A program made the translations under genes and the position numbers. From Clostridia bacterium (GTDB lineage Bacteria > Bacillota > Clostridia > Oscillospirales > CAG-272), in NCBI GenBank assembly GCA_017540175.1, contig JAFYBN010000010.1:16783-80782 (forward strand): DNA of 64,000 bases, read 5' to 3'. Numbering within the stretch: position 1 is the first letter of the stretch; each line of letters begins with the position of its first letter. Shown here in pieces: positions 18,722 to 26,881 of the stretch. The notes beneath the pieces were generated by a model. It was given only the letters and a program-made list of their open reading frames with translations. It did not search any database and had not been told where the DNA came from.

Positions 18722-19564
18722 TCAGCTCTCCGTCCCGTCAAAGAAATTCTCGATCCCGATGGCGATCGCCCGCGCCATGGAGCGCTGCCAGGCGGGATCC
18801 TCCATGTTCCGCGCGTCGGTTTCGTTCGTGCAGAAGCCGAGCTCCACGAGGGTTGCCGCGCATCTCGTCTCGCCGAGGATGACATATTCCGCGCCGACCT
18901 CGTTGCCGGGGTTCTTGATCAGGGTTTCCGCCGTCGTCTCCACATTCGCGTCGATGGCGCCCGCGATGCTTTTGGAAACGGTCTCGGACCAGTCGTTGGC
19001 CTTCACGCTTGTCTGCCACCAGTAAATCCGTGCCCCGCACGCCCCTTCCCGCTCAGCGGAATTGACGTGGACGGACACGAGCAGGTCCGGATCGATGTAG
19101 TCGTTGATGTAATACGGGCGTTCGTAGGGAGCGGAGAAAATGCCGTTTCCGTTGGCGTCCGCGCCCTCCGGCATGGTCACGCCGTCGTGGGTCAGGATCG
19201 TCTGAAAGCCCCTCGCCCTGAGTTCCTCGTCGAGCAGGAGCGAGGTCGCCATCGCGATATCCTTTTCGTAAATGCCCTCGGAGAATTTGCCTCCCCCCGC
19301 GGGGTCGCCCGCGCCGGAATCCAGAAAGCCGTGTCCCGGGTCGATGCAGACACGCTCCGGCCTCGGCGGGACAACGACGGGCTTGATCCTGCCCACGCCC
19401 TCTCCCGGAGGCTCCGGCGGCAGGGCTTCGGCTGCCTCCGACCCGGCGTTTTCCGCGTCGGGGGCGTCCGTGTCCCCATTCGAACAGCCGGCCGCGAAAA
19501 CAAGCGCCGCGCACAGAAGCGCGCAAAGGAGACTTCTCAGGAATGTCATCGGATGCTTCATCAT
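18722..19564 (-). CDS. N-acetylmuramoyl-L-alanine amidase (Amidase_3) lipoprotein, paralog 1
   Basis: Lipobox (VFAAGC). Zn-ligand context CIDPGHGF, YEKDI and SVHVNS. ELGFCTN. Confidence 0.85.
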   Translation of the reverse strand: MMKHPMTFLRSLLCALLCAALVFAAGCSNGDTDAPDAENAGSEAAEALPPEPPGEGVGRIKPVVVPPRPERVCIDPGHGFLDSGAGDPAGGGKFSEGIYEKDIAMATSLLLDEELRARGFQTILTHDGVTMPEGADANGNGIFSAPYERPYYINDYIDPDLLVSVHVNSAEREGACGARIYWWQTSVKANDWSETVSKSIAGAIDANVETTAETLIKNPGNEVGAEYVILGETRCAATLVELGFCTNETDARNMEDPAWQRSMARAIAIGIENFFDGTES

Positions 19565-19726
19565 GTTTCTGCCGCCTTTTCGCTCTGGTAACATCTGAAG
19601 GGCTTCACGGATTTGCGGACTCAGCTGCGGATCGCCGCGGGGACGTATGGATCGCGGTGTTCGGATTTGCTGACTGTTCCGCGATCCCGTCTTCGCTGCC
19701 CGGCGTCTCTTCCGGGGGACGGATTC

Positions 19727-20845
19727 TCACGCGAGGCTGTCGAAAAATGCCTCGATGCCGATCGCGATCGCCTCGGCAAGCTGTCTCTGCCACGCGGGAT
19801 CCTGCAGAAGGTTCGCGTCGGTCGGATTGGTGCAGAACCCCATTTCAATGAGGGAGGACGCCGCGCGGGTCTCGCGGTTGATGGCGAAGCTCGCGTCGGC
19901 GGTTTCCTGATCGTTCGTCAGCCTCGGGGGCGCCGTCTTTTCAAGCTCGGACGCTTCGATGGCGTTCACAATGCTCTGTGCCGCGCCGCGCGACCACTCG
20001 TTGACCTTGCGCCAGCTCTGGGAATAGTACACGATGATCCCGCAGGCGTCGGCATAGTCCGCGACGGCGTTGACATGGAGGGAAACAAGGTAATCCGGGT
20101 CGATGTAGTCGTTGATGTAACCGGGGCGTTCGTAGGGCGCGGAGAAAATGCCGTCGCCGTTTGTGTCGCCGTACTCCGGCATCGAAAGCCCGTTGTGGGT
20201 AAGCACGGCCTGGAAACCGCGCTCTTCAAGCTCTTCCTTGAGGAAGCGCGCGACGACGATGGTGATGTCCTTTTCCACCGTACCGAGCGAAAAGAGTCCG
20301 GGACCCGCGCCGCCGTCGATGAAGCCGTGTCCGGGATCGATGCAGATCACCTCGGACCGCCACGGGTAAAAGGTATCGTCCTCAGCGGCGTATTGCGGCT
20401 CCGGTTCGGATTCCGGTACGATCTCATATGCGGGTTCCGCCGGGGCGGAAGGCTGCCATTCGGGCGCGGATCCTGCCCCTTCCCCGCCTTCGGCCGAGGA
20501 CTGCGTCTCCGGCGCGGGAGCGGCCGCGGTTTCTTCGGCGCTTTCGTCCTCGGCGGAGAGCTGTTCATCCGGTTCGGTTCCGGGTTCGGTCTCGGTTTCG
20601 GTTTCGGTTTCAGGTTCGTCGGCGACGCTCTGACGCGGCTTGACCCTTCCGATGCCCTCTCCGGGCTCTTCGGGCTTAAGCTCCCGCAGGGCTCTTCCGA
20701 CGCCTTCTCCCGGAAGCTCCGGCTCCCGGTATTCTTGCGCCGACGCCCACTCTTCGGCGACGAGCACCTTTTGTTCAGCGCAGCCGCCGGAGAAAACCAG
20801 CGCCGCCGTGAGGGCCGCCGTCAGGATTCTCTTTGTGTTTTTCAT
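19727..20845 (-). CDS. N-acetylmuramoyl-L-alanine amidase (Amidase_3) lipoprotein, paralog 2, with a long acidic linker
   Basis: Lipobox (VFSGGC). CIDPGHGF, EKDI, SLHVNA. (ET)n / Pro-Glu-rich linker. Confidence 0.85.
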   Translation of the reverse strand: MKNTKRILTAALTAALVFSGGCAEQKVLVAEEWASAQEYREPELPGEGVGRALRELKPEEPGEGIGRVKPRQSVADEPETETETETEPGTEPDEQLSAEDESAEETAAAPAPETQSSAEGGEGAGSAPEWQPSAPAEPAYEIVPESEPEPQYAAEDDTFYPWRSEVICIDPGHGFIDGGAGPGLFSLGTVEKDITIVVARFLKEELEERGFQAVLTHNGLSMPEYGDTNGDGIFSAPYERPGYINDYIDPDYLVSLHVNAVADYADACGIIVYYSQSWRKVNEWSRGAAQSIVNAIEASELEKTAPPRLTNDQETADASFAINRETRAASSLIEMGFCTNPTDANLLQDPAWQRQLAEAIAIGIEAFFDSLA

Positions 20846-20906
20846 CTTGCTCCCCGCCGCCGCTGTGCGCGGCAGCCGTGCTTTCGGTCGGATTTCGGGT
20901 GCCGGA

Positions 20907-21752
20907 TCACGCCGCTGAGGCGTCGATCACGTCGAAGAACGCTTCGATGCCGTTGGCGATCGCCTCGGCAAGCTGCTCCTGCCAGGCGGGATCCTGCAGG
21001 TGTTCCGCGTCCGCTTCGTTGGTACAGAAGCCCATTTCGATCAGGGAGGACGCCGCATTGGTTTCCCGGTTGATCGCGAAGCTCGCGTCGGCGGTCTCCT
21101 TGTCGTTTGTCAGTTTGGTGATCGCGGTCGTTTCGAGGTCGGACGCGGTGATGGCGTCCACAATGCTCTGCCCCGCCTCGTGCGACCACTCGTTGACCTT
21201 GTAGCCGCTCTGGGAATAGTACACGACGATGCCGCAGGCATAGGGATTGTCGGTGACCGCGTTGACGTGCAGGGAGACGAGGTAATCCGGTTTGACGTAA
21301 GTATTGATGTATCCGGGGCGTTCGTAGGGCGCGGAGAAAACATTGTCGCCGTTCCAGTCGCCGTTTGACGGCATCGTGATCCCGTCGTGGGTGAGGACGA
21401 CGTTGAAGCCGCGCTCCTCCAGCGCCGTTTTCAGGTACCGCGCCACGGCGATGGTGATTTCCCTCTCATACGTTCCGGCGGCAAACAGCCCGGGACCTGT
21501 GCCCGGGTCGCTGAAGCCGTGTCCGGGATCGACGCAGATCAGCCAGTCGCGGTGGACGACCTCGACCGGTACGACGCGGCCGACTCCGTACTGCGCGGGT
21601 TCCTCGGGAGGAAGCTCCGTTTTTTCGCTGTTTTCAACGGCGGAGGGCTTCGTCCCCTCGCTCTCGGAGGAGCAGGAGAAGAGCGCCGTCACGCAGAAGA
21701 GAAGCGCGAACAAGCCGCACAGGGTTCGCAATTTTGATGGTTTCATAAGCAT
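20907..21752 (-). CDS. N-acetylmuramoyl-L-alanine amidase (Amidase_3) lipoprotein, paralog 3
   Basis: Lipobox (ALFSCS). CVDPGHGF, YEREI, SLHVNA. The 3' part is roughly 80% identical in DNA to paralog 2 (by eye). Confidence 0.85.
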   Translation of the reverse strand: MLMKPSKLRTLCGLFALLFCVTALFSCSSESEGTKPSAVENSEKTELPPEEPAQYGVGRVVPVEVVHRDWLICVDPGHGFSDPGTGPGLFAAGTYEREITIAVARYLKTALEERGFNVVLTHDGITMPSNGDWNGDNVFSAPYERPGYINTYVKPDYLVSLHVNAVTDNPYACGIVVYYSQSGYKVNEWSHEAGQSIVDAITASDLETTAITKLTNDKETADASFAINRETNAASSLIEMGFCTNEADAEHLQDPAWQEQLAEAIANGIEAFFDVIDASAA

Positions 21753-21760
21753 CCTGCCGT

Positions 21761-22918
21761 TCAGCCCCGATAATCATACGGGAGAAACTCGGCGGGCACG
21801 ATGGAGCGGACGAAGGATTTCAGTCCGCCCGTCGTGACGCCGGAGACCGCGTGTTCCCCGGCAAGCTCGTCGCCGTAGCCGGAGAGCGGGAAAATCTGGT
21901 ATCCGTCCTTATTCACGCCGAAGTGGGTCAGCGTGGGCGTGAGAATGACGTTTTTGAGGTTGACGCTTCCGTCCTCAGCCCTGTCTGCCTTGAAGCGCAG
22001 AATCGCGCCGCAGAGCGCCTCCGGCGTCGAGCCGGTCGCGAGGAGATTGCCGAGGGAGTACGCCACAAGGGTTTTCGTGCCGTCGTCGGTCGTGAGCCAT
22101 TCGACCCTGCCGAGCGTGTCCCCGGCGCCGATGACGGCGTCCGCGCCCGCCTCCGCCATATAGTAAGCGGCGGCGCACTGCTCCGCGTAACCGCTGCCCG
22201 GCTCCCAGTCGACGAGGACGATAAGCAGGGCGGCGTTCTCCGCTTCGGACTCGATTCTCTCGAGGGTCTTGCCGGCGGCGACGGGGTATTCCTCGCTGCC
22301 GACCGAGAACAGCGTATATGTGATGCCGTTCGCCTCCGTCCGGACACAGGGAGCTCCCTCGTCCGGGAAGGTCAGGATCCCATGGTTCTCAAACCGCGCG
22401 TCCTTCGGCTGCGGCTCAAACGTATCGAGCGCGTCATAGCCGATGTCCTCGAGCGTCGCGAGGAATTCCTCCGGAATGACGTGCGCGGGATCCTCGTCCC
22501 CGCGGGGCCGCAGGATGGACGAGCCGAAGCCCACGGTCTGATCCGCCGAGGAAAAGGTTTGTCTCACGCCCGCGAACAGGCGCAGAAAGCTGTAACTCTG
22601 CTCTTCGGACGCCTGACGCGCGGCGTTGGTGAGGATATGGGAATCCACAAGCAGATCCCCGGCGAAGACGAACTCCACGCCCGTTTTTTCGTCGCCCGGC
22701 ATGACGACTTCGTCCAGCGGCGGAGTCTCGCTGACGGGCGGCGGCGCCTCGGTTTCTTCCTCGGCAAACGTCTCGGGCACGGAAAGGTCATAGGCGCCGC
22801 TTCCAGGCTCGCTCTCCGCTTCCGCGCTGCGCAGGGAAATCAGGCCGCAGGAGGCGGCACAGAGCATGAGCGCGGCGCACAGAAAGAGAGCGCAGACCGT
22901 TTTCAGGAATCGTGTCAT
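21761..22918 (-). CDS. CapA-like (metallophosphoesterase-fold) lipoprotein, probably catalytically degenerate
   Basis: Lipobox (LCAASC). FVFAGDLL and YSLGNLL resemble CapA/PGA-synthesis family blocks. The usual IGHHPH block reads IGAGDT. Confidence 0.55.
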   Translation of the reverse strand: MTRFLKTVCALFLCAALMLCAASCGLISLRSAEAESEPGSGAYDLSVPETFAEEETEAPPPVSETPPLDEVVMPGDEKTGVEFVFAGDLLVDSHILTNAARQASEEQSYSFLRLFAGVRQTFSSADQTVGFGSSILRPRGDEDPAHVIPEEFLATLEDIGYDALDTFEPQPKDARFENHGILTFPDEGAPCVRTEANGITYTLFSVGSEEYPVAAGKTLERIESEAENAALLIVLVDWEPGSGYAEQCAAAYYMAEAGADAVIGAGDTLGRVEWLTTDDGTKTLVAYSLGNLLATGSTPEALCGAILRFKADRAEDGSVNLKNVILTPTLTHFGVNKDGYQIFPLSGYGDELAGEHAVSGVTTGGLKSFVRSIVPAEFLPYDYRG

Positions 22919-22922
22919 CGGT

Positions 22923-24179
22923 TCAGCGATCGGACAAAACGTCCTTTTCGTACTGTTTCATCTCCGCGATCCATTTGTCGCCCGCCGGCACGCCCTGCTT
23001 CTCGCAGTAGGCGTCCCAAACGAGCCCGAACGGCAGAGTCTTGATTTCTTCGAGATAGGCGAGACGGCTCGTGAAATCGCCCTCCGCCTCGAATTTCTGG
23101 AGCATGGCGACGGGTTCGAGCGCCGCCCAGAGGATCGCCTTTTCCATGTTGCGCGCGCCGATCGCCCAGCAGGCGATGCGGTTGATCGAGCCGTCGAAGA
23201 AGTCGAGCCCGATGTGGACGCGCTTCTCGAAGCCGCCGCGGCGGATCTCGCAGGCGATGGCCTTCAGCTCGTCGTCAAAGATCACGACGTGGTCGGAGTC
23301 CCAGCGGACCGGGCGGGACACATGGAGCATCACGCCGTCGATGTACTGGAGCGAGGAGGAAATCTTGTCGGAGACGAATTCGGTCGGGTGGAAATGCCCG
23401 GTGTCGAGGGTGATGAGCTTGTGGTGCTTCATCGCGCAGCCCAGATAGAACTCGTGGGAGCCGATGGTGCAGGATTCGAGCCCCACGCCGAAGAGCTTCG
23501 ATTCCACCGCGTCGAGATTGAAGCGGTCGTCGGTGGGAAGCGCGAAGATCTCTTCATAGGACTTCGCGAGGTTCTCGCGCTTCTTCGTGCGGTTCACCGG
23601 AATGTCCTTGAAGCCGTCCGGAACCCAGAAATTGTTGACCGAGGTCATGCCGAGCTCGCGCCCGAAGGTCTCGGAAATCTGACGGGAACGGATGCCGTGC
23701 TCGACCCAGAAGCGGCGGACGCCCTCGTCGTCGCTCGACAGGGTGAAGCCGTCCGCGCTCAACGGATGGGAGAAGAAGGTCGGGTTGAAGTCCAGCCCCA
23801 GTCCGTTTTCACGCGCCCATTCGATCCACGAGGTAAAGTGCTCCGGACCGATTTCGTTTCTTTCGACCTTTTTGCCGCCCGCGTCGAGGTAGATCGCGTG
23901 CAGGGAAAACTTTTTCTTGCCGGGGATGAGTTTGTTCGCGAACTCGAAGTCACCGCGCAGCTCGTCGATGGTGCGCGCCTTGCCCGGGTAATTGCCCGTG
24001 GACTGGATGCCGCCGGTGAGATCGCCGCCCGCGTTCTCGAAGCCGCCGACGTCGTCGCCCTGCCAGCAATGGATGGAAACGGGGGTCTCGGCGGTCTGCT
24101 TCAGCGCGAGGTCGACGTCGACGCCGTATTTTCCATAGACATTTCTCGCGATCTCAAGCGCTCTTTCCGCATTCATCAT
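22923..24179 (-). CDS. rhaA: L-rhamnose isomerase
   Basis: 418 aa. VSIHCWQGDDVGGFE and TLDTGHFHPTE are characteristic of RhaA. Confidence 0.9.
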   Translation of the reverse strand: MMNAERALEIARNVYGKYGVDVDLALKQTAETPVSIHCWQGDDVGGFENAGGDLTGGIQSTGNYPGKARTIDELRGDFEFANKLIPGKKKFSLHAIYLDAGGKKVERNEIGPEHFTSWIEWARENGLGLDFNPTFFSHPLSADGFTLSSDDEGVRRFWVEHGIRSRQISETFGRELGMTSVNNFWVPDGFKDIPVNRTKKRENLAKSYEEIFALPTDDRFNLDAVESKLFGVGLESCTIGSHEFYLGCAMKHHKLITLDTGHFHPTEFVSDKISSSLQYIDGVMLHVSRPVRWDSDHVVIFDDELKAIACEIRRGGFEKRVHIGLDFFDGSINRIACWAIGARNMEKAILWAALEPVAMLQKFEAEGDFTSRLAYLEEIKTLPFGLVWDAYCEKQGVPAGDKWIAEMKQYEKDVLSDR

Positions 24180-24259
24180 GATGATATCTCCTTGTCGTTT
24201 GTTTTGGATTTAATGACTGCCGATCAGCCGACCGGCTCCGATTGACCAATCAGTTCAGA

Positions 24260-25738
24260 TTATTTGATCAGGGCGAGGAAGCGGCCGTAGGCGTCGTCCC
24301 ACGCGGCCTTCGACGCGGCGTCGGGCGTGTATTCCTTGATCGGGAAGGATTCGCGGATCACGCGGCGCGCTTCCCACTGATCCTTCAGCTCGCCCGCGGC
24401 GATGAACTGCATCGCGACGTTGCCGAGGGTCGTCGCCTCGACGGGGCCCGCGCGGACGATGCGTCCGGAGGCGTCCGCGGCGAACTGGGACAGCATGTCT
24501 TCCTTCGTGCCGCCGCCGACGATGTTGATGACGGGATAGCGCCGTCCGGTCAGCTCCTCGAGCTTTTCCGCCGTCCAGCGGTATCTGAGGGCGAGGGACT
24601 CGAACACGCAGCGCACGACCGCGCCCGTCGTCTCGGGGATGGGCTGACCCGTTTTCTCGCAGTATTCCCGCACGCGGCGCGGCATGTTCCCAGCCGTCGA
24701 GAAGACCGGATCGTCGGGGTTGATGATGCTGACGAGGGGATCGGACGCCATCGCCATGCCGGAGAGCTCGTCGAAGGTCCAGCTCTGCCCTTCCCGCTTC
24801 CACTGGCGGCGGCATTCCTGCTCGATCCAGAGGCCCATGATGTTCTTGAGGACGCGGATCGTGCCGAACACGCCGCCTTCGTTCGTGAAATCGTATTTTT
24901 CGGAGATCGGGGTCAGGACCGGCTCGGGAGACTCGATGCCCATGAGCGACCACGTGCCGCTCGAGATGTAAAGGAAGTCCTCGTTCTCCGCGGGGACGGA
25001 CAAAACCGCGCTCGCCGTGTCGTGGCCCGCGACCTTGACGACGCGCGCCGCGCTGTGCCCGGTCTCCTCCGCGAGGGAGGGCAGGATCGTCCCCATGTCG
25101 TGTCCGGGGAGGACGACGGGGAGCAGGAGCCGCGTCGGCACGCCGCATTTCGCGAGCACGCACGGATCGTAATCCCGCGTTTTCGCGTCGAGCACCGCGC
25201 CGGTCGAGACGATGGTGTATTCGCTGCTCTTCTCGCCCGTCAGCAGGTACCCGAGCAGATCTGGCATGTGGAGCAGGCATTCTGCGTTCTCCACGACCCA
25301 CGGGCGGTCCCTGAGATCCGCTGCGATCTGATAGAGGGTGTTGAAATTCATGGACTGGATCCCCGTCGAGCGGTAGAGCTCGCTGCGGGAGATCAAATTT
25401 TCGAAAACATAGGGCTGAATGCCGTCGGTGCGCGTATCCCGGTAATGATAAGGATTCGAAAGCAGCGCCCCGGTCTTGTCGAGATACCCGTAGTCCACGC
25501 CCCAGGTGTCGATGCCGATGGAATCGACGTCGCCCGCCTGCGCCGCCTTGAGGATCGCCGTCTTGATCTCAAAGAGAAGCCGCGGGGTGTCCCAGAAGAA
25601 GCCGCCCGGCATCAGGACCGGATCGTTCGGAAACCGGTGGATCTCGTCGAGGGTGAAGCGCTCTCCGTCAAAGCCGCCGACGATGCCGCGTCCGCTGGAC
25701 GCGCCGAGGTCGACCGCGAGAGTTTTTTTCGTCGCCAT
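24260..25738 (-). CDS. rhaB: Rhamnulokinase
   Basis: FGGY kinase with LAVDLGASSGRGIVG...RFPN and GGGTKEDMLSQFAADA. Start at the ATG at 25738 with a GGAGAAAAGG RBS. Confidence 0.9.
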   Translation of the reverse strand: MATKKTLAVDLGASSGRGIVGGFDGERFTLDEIHRFPNDPVLMPGGFFWDTPRLLFEIKTAILKAAQAGDVDSIGIDTWGVDYGYLDKTGALLSNPYHYRDTRTDGIQPYVFENLISRSELYRSTGIQSMNFNTLYQIAADLRDRPWVVENAECLLHMPDLLGYLLTGEKSSEYTIVSTGAVLDAKTRDYDPCVLAKCGVPTRLLLPVVLPGHDMGTILPSLAEETGHSAARVVKVAGHDTASAVLSVPAENEDFLYISSGTWSLMGIESPEPVLTPISEKYDFTNEGGVFGTIRVLKNIMGLWIEQECRRQWKREGQSWTFDELSGMAMASDPLVSIINPDDPVFSTAGNMPRRVREYCEKTGQPIPETTGAVVRCVFESLALRYRWTAEKLEELTGRRYPVINIVGGGTKEDMLSQFAADASGRIVRAGPVEATTLGNVAMQFIAAGELKDQWEARRVIRESFPIKEYTPDAASKAAWDDAYGRFLALIK

Positions 25739-25770
25739 ATCCTTTTCTCCTTCCGTTCTTCGCTTTCGGA

Positions 25771-26634
25771 TCAGACCAGCTCCGTGGTTCTCGGGATGCA
25801 CCAGCGCAGGTGCTCCGCCGCCGCCGCGAACGCCTCGGCCGCCGTTTCATAGGTGCTCCCGACCACGGAGCGATGCCCCGCCTCAAGCTGCTCGAGTCCC
25901 GCGAAGACGCGCAGATGGGGCTCAAGGGAAAGGACGAAATCGCCCGTGAACGCCTGATTGATCACCGCGAGCAGCTCGGGAATGCACCCCGCCCCCATGC
26001 CGGAGGGGACGACCGTGCCGTTCTTCAGGGCGTCCTTGACGTGCATATAGGTGATGCGGCGCTTCAAGAGGTTGTAGCAGTGCTCAAAGGGCGCGCAGCC
26101 GCACTGGATGAAATTCGCGGGATCGAACACACAGCCGAGCCGCCCCGGGAAGGCGTCGAGCAGATCGAGGCAGCGCTCGGGGGTGGAGCCGTAAATGCCC
26201 TTTTCATTCTCATGGCAGAGGGTCACGCCGTAGCCGTCCGCCGCGTCGAGAAGCTGACCCACGCGGTCGATGACCTCGTCCTTTGCGTCCGCTTCCTTTC
26301 CTTCCGGCACGTAGAACGAGAACATGCGCACACGTCCCGTTCCGAGCGCCGCGGCGACCTCGCAGGTGTTTTTCAGCTTGTCGAGATGGGGCGCGAAGGG
26401 CGCGTCGATCGCGATCTTGCCGATGGGGGAGCCGACCGCGGACACGGCGATGCCGTGCGCGTCGAGCTTTCTGCGGATTTCCTGCGCCGCGTCTGGCGTG
26501 AGATCGGAAACGTTCACGCCGTCCACGCCGCGCAGCTCCGTCATGCGGATGCGGTTCGCCTGGAGCCCCTCGATCTGTCCGTCGAGGGTGGGAGAATATT
26601 CGTCTGAAAACGCGCTGAGCCTGAATCGAACCAT
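25771..26634 (-). CDS. Xylose-isomerase-like TIM-barrel protein (sugar phosphate isomerase/epimerase family)
   Basis: AP_endonuc_2-type pattern (RLSAFSDE..., HENEKGIYG, HVKD, LEPH). Confidence 0.8.
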   Translation of the reverse strand: MVRFRLSAFSDEYSPTLDGQIEGLQANRIRMTELRGVDGVNVSDLTPDAAQEIRRKLDAHGIAVSAVGSPIGKIAIDAPFAPHLDKLKNTCEVAAALGTGRVRMFSFYVPEGKEADAKDEVIDRVGQLLDAADGYGVTLCHENEKGIYGSTPERCLDLLDAFPGRLGCVFDPANFIQCGCAPFEHCYNLLKRRITYMHVKDALKNGTVVPSGMGAGCIPELLAVINQAFTGDFVLSLEPHLRVFAGLEQLEAGHRSVVGSTYETAAEAFAAAAEHLRWCIPRTTELV

Positions 26635-26881
26635 GGGATCACTCCGTTCTTCTTATTTTGAATCAAATATTGCCTTGTTATGGAATATTGTGCCCGAAAA
26701 AAGGTCTTTTCGGGACATGTATATGGGCTGTCAGATGGCAATTTCCGGTTTATTATAGCACTTCTTTGCCGTTTTTGCAATGGAAAAGGCGGCAAAATCC
26801 GAGCCTGCGCGGTCGGATTACCCAATAAAACCCCGCATAAATCGAAAAATTAACATTTTCTTCATGTTTTATAACGGTTTC

